Made by a program: the position numbers and the translations under genes. Source: Christensenellaceae bacterium (GTDB taxonomy: Bacteria > Bacillota > Clostridia > Christensenellales > Borkfalkiaceae). From it: a stretch of DNA of 64,000 nucleotides. Each line of letters opens with the position of its first letter. Positions within the stretch are counted from its first letter, which is position 1. The stretch is taken from the NCBI GenBank assembly GCA_045651405.1, contig JAZRSH010000029.1, positions 97,960 through 161,959 on the forward strand, written 5' to 3'. The notes under the pieces are model-generated. The model did not search any database. It was not told the origin of the DNA and was given only the letters and a program-made list of their open reading frames with translations. Below, piece after piece: positions 17,862-27,389 of this stretch.

Positions 17862-19259
17862 ATGGAAAAATCTAACAAAAAAAGCCTTAAATGGCTTTGG
17901 ATTACTCTTGCTATACTCGCAGTAGTAGCTCTTGCTGCTTGGTGTGTATATAATGCTTTAGAGGCACATAGTGTTAATAAAGTTTTTAAATTTAGTACAA
18001 CAGCATCATTATTTATTTTAATATTTATAATAACAGCTCTTGGTTACTTACTTGGTTCTATAACTATTAAAGGTGTTAACTTAGGTACTGCAGGCGTGTT
18101 CTTGGTTGCTATCTTATTTGGGTTTATATGCACTCTTAATTTTGGTAATGTTCCAGTTATTGGTTCTTTCCACGTTGAATCAGGCGATACTATTGTAGAA
18201 ACAATGGGTGGCTCTATTCAAAACTTAGGTCTTATTATGTTCGTAGGTTCAGTAGGTCTTATTGCAGGTCCTAACTTCTTTAAAAACCTTAAAAAGAACT
18301 TTAAAACCTATATCGTTTTAGGTGCAATAATTATTATATCATCAACTGCTGTTGCGGTATTATTTACTGCTATAACTGATTATGGCTCAGGTTTTTGGGC
18401 AGGTATTTTATCAGGTGCGTTAACTACTACCCCTGGTTTCTCTGCTGCACAAGAAGCAACTCTTTCAGTTCTTCAATCATTACCTCAATATGCTAATCTT
18501 ACTACTGAGGCTTTAAGACAACTTCCAGAGTACACCATTATTTCAGTAGGTCATGCTATTGCTTATCCTTTCGGTGTTGTAGGCGTAGTATTATTCGTTC
18601 AACTTCTTCCTAAACTTTTAAAAGCTGATATGGTTAAAGAACGTGAACTTTTAAGAATTGGTGGAGATGAGGGTGAAAAATCTTATTCAAATCTTTTCGA
18701 AGTTGAACCTTTTGGTCTTGTTCCCGTTGCTTTAACAGTAGTTTTAGGATTAGTATTAGGCGCTGTTAAAATTCCATTATTTGGTGGTTCTGCATTTAGT
18801 TTAGGAACAACTGGTGGTGTGCTTATTATCGGTTTAGTTTTAGGTCACTTTGGTAAAATTGGCAAAATATCTCTTCAAGTTCCAGCAACTACACTTAAAC
18901 TTTTAAGAGAATTTGGTTTAATGCTTTTCCTTTTAGGTGCAGGTTTTGAAGGTGGTGTAAGTTTAGTTGCATCATTATCAGGCAAAGGTGCTGATATTGT
19001 TATTTTAGGTTTTGTTGGTGGTGCATGTATGACTATTGCTCCAATGATTGTAGGTTTTATTTTAGCAAAACTTGTTATGAAACTTCCACTTTTAAATACT
19101 TTAGGTTCAATTACTGGTGGTATGACTTCTACTCCAGCACTTGGAACGCTTATCAACACTGCTAAAACTGAAGATGTAGCGTCTGCTTACGCATCAACTT
19201 ATCCAATTGCACTTGTGCTTGTAGTACTTGCTTGTCAATTAATGATTGTTTTTATGTAG
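17862..19259 (+). CDS. AAE (aspartate:alanine exchanger / YidE-YbjL) family transporter
   Basis: Two homologous halves with the family motif (GVNLGTAGVFLVAILFG and SLGTTGGVLIIGLVLG). Polytopic. No central TrkA-C domains apparent. Confidence 0.65.
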   Translation: MEKSNKKSLKWLWITLAILAVVALAAWCVYNALEAHSVNKVFKFSTTASLFILIFIITALGYLLGSITIKGVNLGTAGVFLVAILFGFICTLNFGNVPVIGSFHVESGDTIVETMGGSIQNLGLIMFVGSVGLIAGPNFFKNLKKNFKTYIVLGAIIIISSTAVAVLFTAITDYGSGFWAGILSGALTTTPGFSAAQEATLSVLQSLPQYANLTTEALRQLPEYTIISVGHAIAYPFGVVGVVLFVQLLPKLLKADMVKERELLRIGGDEGEKSYSNLFEVEPFGLVPVALTVVLGLVLGAVKIPLFGGSAFSLGTTGGVLIIGLVLGHFGKIGKISLQVPATTLKLLREFGLMLFLLGAGFEGGVSLVASLSGKGADIVILGFVGGACMTIAPMIVGFILAKLVMKLPLLNTLGSITGGMTSTPALGTLINTAKTEDVASAYASTYPIALVLVVLACQLMIVFM

Positions 19260-19418
19260 GGCTCTTCAATATCAACGGTCGATAAATTCCTAATGAAACG
19301 CGTCGTAATAGTGCGTTAAACCCGCTCGAAAATATGTAAACTATTATCTTCGGGGTTTGCCTTCTCTTACTTGCGTTTGATTAGTCCTTTTAAATCAACC
19401 TTATGGTATTTCATCGCC
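19260..19418 (+). repeat. family-2 long-hairpin intergenic repeat, copy A
   Basis: 159 bp starting 1 nt after stop TAG 19257-19259. Aligns end to end with 20806-20964 and 27161-27319. Confidence 0.9.
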
Positions 19419-19420
19419 TT

Positions 19421-19461
19421 GGCTCTTCAATATCAACGGTTGATAAAGACTTAATGAAACA
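19421..19461 (+). repeat. family-2 repeat, 5'-arm-only partial copy
   Basis: GGCTCTTCAATATCAACGGTTGATAAAGACTTAATGAAACA repeats the first ~41 nt of the element, then runs into the terminator. Confidence 0.85.
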
Positions 19462-19463
19462 AT

Positions 19464-19488
19464 AAAACACCCTTTTTAGGGTGTTTTT
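19464..19488 (+). terminator. intrinsic terminator
   Basis: AAAACACCC tttt(t)a GGGTGTTTTT. Confidence 0.8.
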
Positions 19489-19517
19489 ATATAACAAATC
19501 AAAATAAGGATAATAAA

Positions 19518-20804
19518 ATGGTTAACTTAAAAGATTTTATTAAAGGCGATGAAGTTTTACACACCAAAGCCTTTCAACAAGCGGTTGATTATTGTTACAG
19601 TAAAGGTGGCGAACCTTTATTTATTCCTTTTGGAACGTACACGCTTGGCACGGTTATTTTAAAAGCTAACACAACTTTAATATTTGAAGACGGCGCTAAA
19701 ATTTTAGGTTCTAAAAATATTGACGACTTTTTAGCCGATGATATCCCTTTAAACAAATATCAAGATATGTCGCACAGTAGTTATACAAGGTCACTTTTTT
19801 ATGCTAAAAACGCCAAAAACATAACTATTAAGGGTAAAGGTGTTATTGATATGCAATCGGCTTGGGACCACGATAACAAGCGTAATTCTAAGCATCGTGG
19901 GGCAAAGGTAATAGCGTTTGACCACGTTGACGGAGTAGTCATTGAAGATATTAAGTTATTTTATGCTACCGATATCGGCATTTTGCTTGGAAGATGTAAA
20001 AACTGCTTTGTTAAAGGGCTTTATATCGAAACGCATATTGACGGCATTAGTCCCGACGGATGTGAAAACGTTGTTATATCCGATTGTATTTTAAAATGCG
20101 GTGACGACGGCATTGTGTTAAAGTCTTCATACTACGATAACGAGTTAGTTGCTTGCGAAAGAATAACCATAACTAACTGTATTGTAAGTAGTAGATGTTC
20201 GGCTATTAAATTTGGAACGGAGTCTAACGGCGATTTTAGATACGTTACAATATCTAATTGTGTAGTTCACAATACCCGTTGCGCAGGGCTTGCAATAGAA
20301 AGTTGTGATGGCGGTAATATTTACGGTGTTACAATTACAAATATTACAATGCAAAACGTAGGTTGCCCTATATTTATTTTCGGCGGGCTTAGAATGCGCG
20401 GACCTAAAGAATTACAAGCAGGTAGCATTAACGATATAACCATTTCAAATATCTATGCAGACTGTCACGAAAACATTTATAAATCTATAGATTTCTATTA
20501 TGATTTAATTAAAGACGGCATTGATATTTCAAACGTATCCTTCCCAAGCTTAATTATTAATTATACAGAAAACGAAATGAAAAACATTAACTTATCTAAC
20601 GTAACAGTTAAATGTTACGGCGGTAAAAGTGCAAGTGGTGCGGAATTTAAAGATAATCCGCTTGGCTATCCATCGCACGAAATGTTTGGATTCCATCTTC
20701 CTGCATACGGGCTTATCGTTAAAAACTGCAAAGGCTTAAACTTAAATAACGTTAAGTTTGAACTTGTAAATCAAGACGAACGCCCAGAAAGAATAATTGA
20801 ATAA
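19518..20804 (+). CDS. glycoside hydrolase family 28-like (polygalacturonase-type beta-helix) protein
   Basis: N-terminal pectate-lyase-fold region (AFQQAVDYC..GGEPLFIPFGTYTLG). ISPDGCENV and CGDDGIVLKS resemble the GH28 NxDG and GDD motifs. The usual GHG motif is not evident. Confidence 0.6.
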   Translation: MVNLKDFIKGDEVLHTKAFQQAVDYCYSKGGEPLFIPFGTYTLGTVILKANTTLIFEDGAKILGSKNIDDFLADDIPLNKYQDMSHSSYTRSLFYAKNAKNITIKGKGVIDMQSAWDHDNKRNSKHRGAKVIAFDHVDGVVIEDIKLFYATDIGILLGRCKNCFVKGLYIETHIDGISPDGCENVVISDCILKCGDDGIVLKSSYYDNELVACERITITNCIVSSRCSAIKFGTESNGDFRYVTISNCVVHNTRCAGLAIESCDGGNIYGVTITNITMQNVGCPIFIFGGLRMRGPKELQAGSINDITISNIYADCHENIYKSIDFYYDLIKDGIDISNVSFPSLIINYTENEMKNINLSNVTVKCYGGKSASGAEFKDNPLGYPSHEMFGFHLPAYGLIVKNCKGLNLNNVKFELVNQDERPERIIE

Positions 20805-20805
20805 A

Positions 20806-20964
20806 GGCTCTTCAACGTCAACGGTTGATAAAGTCCTAATGAAACGCGGCGTAATAGTGCGTTAAAGCCCTTGAAAAGATGTAAACTCTTATCTTCGGGT
20901 GTTTGCCTTCTATTACTTGTGTTTGATTTGTCCTTTAGTATCAACCTTATGGTTTTTCATCACC
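20806..20964 (+). repeat. family-2 long-hairpin intergenic repeat, copy B
   Basis: Starts 2 nt after stop TAA 20802-20804. Near-identical to copy A over 159 bp. Confidence 0.9.
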
Positions 20965-20971
20965 TAATAAA

Positions 20972-20999
20972 AAAGACTAACGAATTATCGTTAGTCTTT
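20972..20999. terminator. bidirectional terminator (GH28-like / GNAT)
   Basis: AAGACTAACGA atta TCGTTAGTCTT with A-run before and T-run after. Confidence 0.8.
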
Positions 21000-21002
21000 A
21001 TT

Positions 21003-21488
21003 TTATATACTTTTTTGATAAGCAAGTCTTGGGTCACCGTTTGCAAGGTAAATAATACCGCAATACTTAAAGCCGTTTTTAGTTAGTGATTTTTGCATTA
21101 CTAAGTTTTCTTTGCTTGTGTCTATCCGCAAATTATTGCATTTAGAAAGGGCAAAATCATAGCAAATTTTAGCAACGCCTTTGCCGTGAACTACCGTGCC
21201 TATTCTGTGAATAACAACGTACTTTTCATCATTGAGCCAACTTCCTTCATAAATTTTTTCGTAAGTAGGGTCGTTGCCGATAAACATCATAAAAACGGCT
21301 ATAAGTTCACACTCTTCGTAAACGCCGTAAAGCCTATCGTTTTTTATATCTTCAAGTACCAATTCCCTTGAGGGATAACCGTTAGTCCATTGATGCATAT
21401 TACCGTTTTGGCGCATAAAATTACGCGCGTTATCGTAAATTTCCATTATTTTATCAATTTCACTAAGGGTGCAATGTTTTATTACCAT
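21003..21488 (-). CDS. GNAT family N-acetyltransferase
   Basis: 161 aa. HRIGTVVHGKGVAKICYDFAL and MQKSLTKNGFKY are typical GNAT motifs A/B. Confidence 0.75.
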   Translation of the reverse strand: MVIKHCTLSEIDKIMEIYDNARNFMRQNGNMHQWTNGYPSRELVLEDIKNDRLYGVYEECELIAVFMMFIGNDPTYEKIYEGSWLNDEKYVVIHRIGTVVHGKGVAKICYDFALSKCNNLRIDTSKENLVMQKSLTKNGFKYCGIIYLANGDPRLAYQKSI

Positions 21489-21499
21489 AATTTTTTATC

Positions 21500-23089
21500 C
21501 TAAAATTTGCCCGAAAGCAACATGTCTACAAGTTCTTTAATAGATTTACCTTTAATCATTTGTTTAATATCAAGTAATTCTTCTGCTATAATTTCGTCTA
21601 AAACCTTCATGCCTAAAACTTCAACAGGCGCTTTATCGTCCGTTAAAATCAAGTTAGTTTTTTCAACTTCAACAAGGTTGTTTTTTACCGTTGACATTAA
21701 ACTTCGTAATTGATTGTTTTTGATTTTATATATGTTTTTAGTAAGTTCTTCTTGAACGTTTGTATTTTCACTTGCTAAAAGTATTACGTTGCTACTTGCC
21801 ACGCAAGTATATACGCTTGAAAAACAACTTGAAATAGTTCCTTTTAAATAGTCGTTTATATTTTCTTTTTGTGAAGAAGGCATATTTAAGTTAACAACCA
21901 TAACGCCGTTTTCAGTTAAATGATTTTTAACGCTGTTAAAAAACTCTACCGACGACATTTGAAAGGGGATTGTTATATCCCTAAACGCGTCAACCATAAT
22001 TACGTCGTACTTTTTATCGCTTGAATCAATAAAGGCTCTGCCGTCCGCCTCAAAAGTGTTAACTTCTTTAGGTAAATCAAAATAAGTGTGAGCAAGTTCA
22101 ATAATTTTACCGTCAATCTCAACACCGTCAATCTCGCTGATATTAAAATACTTTAAACATTGTTCGCTATACGTACCCGTGCCAAGCCCTAAAATACAAA
22201 CGGAAATATCCTTTTCCGTTCCGCCTGCAATCAAGGGTGCGGAAAGGGCGTAATCGTAATACATACCGGTTAATCCACCGTTTTTCTTTTTGATTGACTG
22301 AACGCCAAACAGTACGTTTGTTGATAAAATTATGCTTGTATCAGTTTCTTCAACCCTCAAATAGTTATAAACGGATTCCCCTTCGTATACGATATTGTTT
22401 TTCCAAAAGGCAACACCGATATTGCTTGATAAAAGCCCAAGTGTAAGGGCGATAATAGTTACGATAGTAGTTTTAACTATATGCTTTTTTCTATATATAA
22501 AATAGATTAAGCAAACTATATAAAGTACGCTTGCAAAAATAACAAAGGTAAGTGCCGTTCCTACCGTTGGTATCGTAACAAAGGTAGGTAAAAATGTGCC
22601 GATAATACTACCAATTGTATTGCACGCCTCAATAATACCAACGGTTTTACCATTTTCGCTAATATCCTTAACTGCAAACTTTACAAGGTGAGGGGTTACC
22701 ATACCTAATACGAGAAGTGGGAAAACGAAAACCAAAAGGCAGGATAGTAACGCCGCCCAAATAAGATAATTTCTTGTAACAAAGGTTGCAAGTGTAATAG
22801 CAACGCCTGAAATTACGAATTTTCCAAACAACGGAATAAGCATAGTAAACGTTGCCGCAATAAAAAGCCAAATAAAAAGCCTTGTAGGGCTTTCGTACTT
22901 ATCCGCCATTTTACCGCCTATAACGTTGCCAAGCGCCATTGCTATCATAATTGTGCCTATGATTATAGTCCAAACTATTTGCGATGACGAGAAGTATGGA
23001 GCAAGTAGCCTTGACGCGCCAAGTTCTATTGCCATAACTGCCGTTCCTGAGAAAAACGCCGTTAAATAATATATCCATTTTTTATTCAT
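21500..23089 (-). CDS. fused membrane (MFS-like) / spermidine synthase-like protein
   Basis: About 220 aa of TM helices, then a SAM-MTase/spermidine-synthase fold (VCILGLGTGTY, DGVEIDGKIIELA, DVIMVDAFRD). Confidence 0.7.
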   Translation of the reverse strand: MNKKWIYYLTAFFSGTAVMAIELGASRLLAPYFSSSQIVWTIIIGTIMIAMALGNVIGGKMADKYESPTRLFIWLFIAATFTMLIPLFGKFVISGVAITLATFVTRNYLIWAALLSCLLVFVFPLLVLGMVTPHLVKFAVKDISENGKTVGIIEACNTIGSIIGTFLPTFVTIPTVGTALTFVIFASVLYIVCLIYFIYRKKHIVKTTIVTIIALTLGLLSSNIGVAFWKNNIVYEGESVYNYLRVEETDTSIILSTNVLFGVQSIKKKNGGLTGMYYDYALSAPLIAGGTEKDISVCILGLGTGTYSEQCLKYFNISEIDGVEIDGKIIELAHTYFDLPKEVNTFEADGRAFIDSSDKKYDVIMVDAFRDITIPFQMSSVEFFNSVKNHLTENGVMVVNLNMPSSQKENINDYLKGTISSCFSSVYTCVASSNVILLASENTNVQEELTKNIYKIKNNQLRSLMSTVKNNLVEVEKTNLILTDDKAPVEVLGMKVLDEIIAEELLDIKQMIKGKSIKELVDMLLSGKF

Positions 23090-23254
23090 TTAGTATTCCA
23101 CCCTAAAAATCCAATTTTTATTATTTTATTACATATAGCAAAGGTTGTCAACACATATTTAAAAAGACAAAATATTTTAATTTACTTATTGATTTTTTTC
23201 TTGCCACTTGATATAATAAAAATAAATAAACTAATTGATTTAAAAGAAGGCAAA

Positions 23255-24544
23255 ATGGCAACTATAAAGGTAAATTTAGATAAAATCATAGGCAAAATTA
23301 AACCTATGCACGGCGTTGGGCAACCGCCACTTGTTGGGCATAGCACCGCTTACTTTAAGTATATGAAAGACGCGGGTATACCATATTCAAGGTTACACGA
23401 CGTAGGCGGACCTTACGGCTGTAATAGATGGGTAGATATCCCTAATATCTTCCGTGATTTCGATGCCGACGAAGAAGACCCAAATTCATACGATTTCGCC
23501 TTTACCGATTTATTAATTAAAGCGCTTATCGATAACGGTGTAGAGCCGTATTACAGGCTTGGCATAACTATAGAAAACGCATCGCACATTAAGGCGTATA
23601 GAACTGCACCGCCAAAGGACTATGAAAAGTGGGCGCGCATTTGCGAGCATATCATTATGCATTACAACGAAGGTTGGGCAAACGGCTACCGTTATAATAT
23701 CAAGTATTGGGAAATTTGGAACGAGCCTGAAAGCGAAGACGAATACGTTGCATCTACTATGATGTGGGACGGCGTTCCTCAGCAGTTTTTTAGATTGTAT
23801 GACGTAGCAAGTAAGCATTTAAAATTCCGTTTTCCTAATATAAAAATAGGCGGATACGGTTCGTGCGGGTTTTATGCACTTCATAGCCCAGGGGCTAAGT
23901 GGCCTGAATTATGGCTTAGTTATTTTGAAAAGTTCTTCAAGTATATAAAGGAACATAATTCGCCAATTGATTTTTTCTCTTGGCACAGTTATTCAAAAAC
24001 GGCAACTAATATAGAATACGTTAAGTATTTAGAGAAAAAACTTATTGAGTTTGGCTATCCCGACTTAGAAACTCACTTAAACGAGTGGCATTGCGTTCGT
24101 GAAGATAGGGGAAATGCCCACCATAGCGCCGAGGCAATGGCTAATATGATAGCAATGCAAAATTCTAAAGTCGTTCAAATTTGTAACGTTTACGATATGA
24201 GAATAACGGGTGCAAGCGGTTATAACGCAATATTTAACCTTAACGATTATAAACCGTTTAAAACTTATTATTCCTTCGTTGCTTTTAATAAGTTATATCA
24301 ACTTAAAAATCAAGTAGAGACCTCGGTCGATAGTGAAAATATGTACGTTTTATGTGCTAAAGACGGGGATAAATCGGCACTTTTAGTAGTAAACTTAACG
24401 GGCGAAACTCAAATGCTTGACTATAGCGGTATAGACTTAACTAACGCTAAATTCCACTTAATAGACGAAGATAGAACCTTTACTTGGGTTAGCGATGCTT
24501 CAAGTATTGAAAACAACGGAGTACTACTTATAACTATAGATTAA
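23255..24544 (+). CDS. clan GH-A glycoside hydrolase (GH39-like)
   Basis: YWEIWNEPES acid/base-type motif in a TIM-barrel-like protein. Start moved to ATG 23255 (RBS AAGAAGG). Confidence 0.55.
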   Translation: MATIKVNLDKIIGKIKPMHGVGQPPLVGHSTAYFKYMKDAGIPYSRLHDVGGPYGCNRWVDIPNIFRDFDADEEDPNSYDFAFTDLLIKALIDNGVEPYYRLGITIENASHIKAYRTAPPKDYEKWARICEHIIMHYNEGWANGYRYNIKYWEIWNEPESEDEYVASTMMWDGVPQQFFRLYDVASKHLKFRFPNIKIGGYGSCGFYALHSPGAKWPELWLSYFEKFFKYIKEHNSPIDFFSWHSYSKTATNIEYVKYLEKKLIEFGYPDLETHLNEWHCVREDRGNAHHSAEAMANMIAMQNSKVVQICNVYDMRITGASGYNAIFNLNDYKPFKTYYSFVAFNKLYQLKNQVETSVDSENMYVLCAKDGDKSALLVVNLTGETQMLDYSGIDLTNAKFHLIDEDRTFTWVSDASSIENNGVLLITID

Positions 24545-24551
24545 TTTTTTT

Positions 24552-24582
24552 AAGGCGCGTAACTAAACGTGCCTTATTTTTT
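24552..24582 (+). terminator. intrinsic terminator
   Basis: AAGGCGCG taactaaa CGTGCCTT (one mismatch) followed by a T-run. Confidence 0.65.
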
Positions 24583-24684
24583 GTATTTAACTTAAAATTT
24601 TGTAAAAATCGTTGAAAATAATCTTTTCAAGATTAAATAAATGTGTTATACTACTATCATAAATATTTTTAAGAGGTTTTAATT

Positions 24685-25266
24685 ATGGCTTATAAAGTTA
24701 TTCCAGTAGTAGTAATTAAAGAATTACAAGATACAATACCTACGTTGCAAGCCCTTTGCGATGGTGACCTTCCCGTTGCTGAAATCACATTCAGAACGGC
24801 TTGTGCTGAAGAAGCAATCAAACTTGGCGTAGAAAAATTCCCTGATATGTATATCGGTGCAGGTACCGTTATCAATAAAGAGCAAGCCGTTAAAGCAATC
24901 AATGCGGGTGCAAAATTCATCGTTTCACCAGGCTTATCTGAAGAAGTTGCCCTTTACTGCAGTGAAAAAGGCGTTACTTACTATCCAGGTTGCGTAACTC
25001 CTACTGAAATTATGAAAGCCATTTCACTTGGCATTGAAGTTGTAAAATTCTTCCCTGCAAACGTATACGGTGGCCTTAAAGCAATCAAGGCTTTAGCAGG
25101 TCCTTTCCCACAAGTTAAATTCTTACCAACTGGCGGTGTAGACCTTTCTAACCTTAAAGAATTTTTAGAATTCGATAAAATCTACGCTATCGGTGGTAGT
25201 TTTATGATGAAAGGCGATATTACCCAAAACTGCAAAGAAATCAATAAAGTATTAGAAACATTATAA
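24685..25266 (+). CDS. eda: 2-dehydro-3-deoxyphosphogluconate (KDPG) aldolase
   Basis: VIPVVVI...LPVAEITFRT...GAGTV...GAKFIVSPG...KFFPA pattern of the Eda/DgoA family. Confidence 0.85.
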   Translation: MAYKVIPVVVIKELQDTIPTLQALCDGDLPVAEITFRTACAEEAIKLGVEKFPDMYIGAGTVINKEQAVKAINAGAKFIVSPGLSEEVALYCSEKGVTYYPGCVTPTEIMKAISLGIEVVKFFPANVYGGLKAIKALAGPFPQVKFLPTGGVDLSNLKEFLEFDKIYAIGGSFMMKGDITQNCKEINKVLETL

Positions 25267-25272
25267 AATATT

Positions 25273-26121
25273 ATGGAAGGAAATTTAAGAACTTTTTTAC
25301 GTTTTCCAAACTTTAAAACTAAAGCGGTAACCCTTAGTTACGACGATGGCGTTAGGCAAGACAAACGCTTAATTTCCATTATGCAAAAATACGGCATAAA
25401 GGGTACGTTTAATATCAATTCGGGTTTATTTTCGCAAGAGTTAAGCACCGAAGAAAAAGGTCGTATGACTAAGGAAGAATGCGTTGAGTTATACACTAAT
25501 TCGGGTATGGAAGTAGCAGTACACGGCTATAGGCATTTATCTCTTGGCGAAGTAGACCCAGCCTTAGCCACCGATGACGTTATAAAGGACAGAAAGGAAC
25601 TTGAAAGTATTTTCGGCGGTATTATTAAAGGTATGGCTTACGCTAACGGTTCGTATAATGATAGCGTTTGCAAGATTTTAGAATGTTGTGGTATTAATTA
25701 TTCCCGCACCACCGTTACTACCGAAAATTTTAGGATTCCTGAAAACTGGCTTAAATGGGATACCACTTGCCACCATAACAACCCTAAACTTATGGAACTT
25801 GCCAAAACCTTCGTTGAAAGAAATTTAGACGGATATTTGTGGCGCAATTACCCCGTACTTTTCTATTTATGGGGGCATAGTTACGAGTTTGATACCAACG
25901 ATAACTGGCAAGTTATTGAAGAATTTTGCAAGTACGTAGGTAACCGTGAAGATATTTGGTACGCAACGAACGGCGAAATTTATTCGTACGTAAAAGCGTA
26001 TGACTCGTTAGAGTTTTCCGCCGACGGAAACACCATATATAACCCAAGCGGACAAACCGTTTATATTTGCTATTTTCATAAAAATATAGCAATACAACCT
26101 AATCAAACAATAAAAATTTAA
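25273..26121 (+). CDS. polysaccharide deacetylase (CE4/NodB-like) family protein
   Basis: TLSYDDG and VHGYRH NodB-type motifs. Confidence 0.7.
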   Translation: MEGNLRTFLRFPNFKTKAVTLSYDDGVRQDKRLISIMQKYGIKGTFNINSGLFSQELSTEEKGRMTKEECVELYTNSGMEVAVHGYRHLSLGEVDPALATDDVIKDRKELESIFGGIIKGMAYANGSYNDSVCKILECCGINYSRTTVTTENFRIPENWLKWDTTCHHNNPKLMELAKTFVERNLDGYLWRNYPVLFYLWGHSYEFDTNDNWQVIEEFCKYVGNREDIWYATNGEIYSYVKAYDSLEFSADGNTIYNPSGQTVYICYFHKNIAIQPNQTIKI

Positions 26122-26140
26122 AATATATAGGAGATAAATT

Positions 26141-27160
26141 ATGAGAGTTATTACTTTCGGTGAATTAATGTTAAGACTTGCACCAGAAAACTATTTAAGA
26201 TTCGTTCAATCTGAAAAGTTTGAGGCTACTTTTGGCGGTGCTGAAGCAAACGTAGCAGTATCGCTTGCAAACTACGGTGTTGACGTATCATTCGTATCAA
26301 AACTTCCTTCGCACGAAATAGGTCAAATGGCAGTTAACAGCTTAAGAAAATTTGGCGTTGACACTTCACTTATCACTCGTGGTGGTGAAAGGGTAGGTAT
26401 TTACTACTGCGAAAAAGGTGCATCACAAAGACCTTCAAAAGTTATTTACGATAGAGCGTACGCTGCTATCGCTATGGCTAAAGCAAGTGACTTTAACTGG
26501 GCAAGAATTTTCAAAGGCGTTGATTGGTTCCACTTCACAGGTATCACACCAGCCCTTTCTGACAGTATGGCAAAAATTTGTTTAACTGCTTGTAAAGAAG
26601 CAAAAAAACGCGGTGTAAAAATCTCTTGCGACCTTAACTTTAGAAAGAAATTATGGTCTAAAGAAAAAGCAGGTCAAGTAATGGGCGAACTTTGTAATTA
26701 CATTGACTACTGTATCGCTAACGAAGAAGACGCTAAAGACGTATTCGGTATCGAAGCAGATAATACTGATATCTACAGCGGTAAACTTGATAGAAACGGC
26801 TACATTTCAGTTGCTCAAAAACTTACTGATAGATTTGGCTTTAAAGGTGTAGCAATCACTTTACGTGAAAGTTTATCTGCAAACGATAACAACTGGTCTG
26901 CAATGCTTTACACAGACGGTACTGCATACTTCTCTAAAAAATACGCAATGCACATCGTTGATAGAGTAGGCGGTGGCGATAGCTTTGGTGCTGGACTTAT
27001 TTATTCACTTCTTAATAATTACGATAGCCAAAGCGCTATTGAATTTGCTGTTGCTGCAAGTTGCTTAAAACACTCTATCGAAGGCGACTATAACATGGTT
27101 TCTGTTGACGAAGTTAAAAAACTTGCCGAAGGCGACGCATCTGGTAGAGTACAAAGATAA
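26141..27160 (+). CDS. kdgK: 2-dehydro-3-deoxygluconokinase (PfkB family)
   Basis: VITFGELMLRL...FGGAEANVAV N-terminus and C-terminal VDRVGGGDSFGAG PfkB motif. Next to eda. Confidence 0.85.
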   Translation: MRVITFGELMLRLAPENYLRFVQSEKFEATFGGAEANVAVSLANYGVDVSFVSKLPSHEIGQMAVNSLRKFGVDTSLITRGGERVGIYYCEKGASQRPSKVIYDRAYAAIAMAKASDFNWARIFKGVDWFHFTGITPALSDSMAKICLTACKEAKKRGVKISCDLNFRKKLWSKEKAGQVMGELCNYIDYCIANEEDAKDVFGIEADNTDIYSGKLDRNGYISVAQKLTDRFGFKGVAITLRESLSANDNNWSAMLYTDGTAYFSKKYAMHIVDRVGGGDSFGAGLIYSLLNNYDSQSAIEFAVAASCLKHSIEGDYNMVSVDEVKKLAEGDASGRVQR

Positions 27161-27319
27161 GGCTTAGTTGCTTGTTCAATTGATAAAGCCCTAATGAAAT
27201 ACTGCGTAATACTTTGTTAAACCCGCTTGGCAATACGGCAAGTATAGCCTTCGGGGTTTGCCTAGTCTTACTTGTATTTGATTAGTCCTTTTGTATCAAT
27301 CTCACTTCGCACCTGCGCC
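27161..27319 (+). repeat. family-2 long-hairpin intergenic repeat, copy C (diverged)
   Basis: Starts immediately after stop TAA 27158-27160. Same 159-bp architecture with many paired substitutions. Confidence 0.85.
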
Positions 27320-27389
27320 TAAAAATAAAATACAAAAAGTATTATAAAAATTTTAAAATCGCACACCCTTGTAGTAAGGGGTGTGCGAT

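Noticed and set aside
20871-21086. A 71-aa plus-strand ORF in the GH28/GNAT intergenic region.
   Set aside because: It is made up of the family-2 repeat, the bidirectional terminator and the antisense 3' end of the GNAT gene, so it is not a plausible coding sequence.
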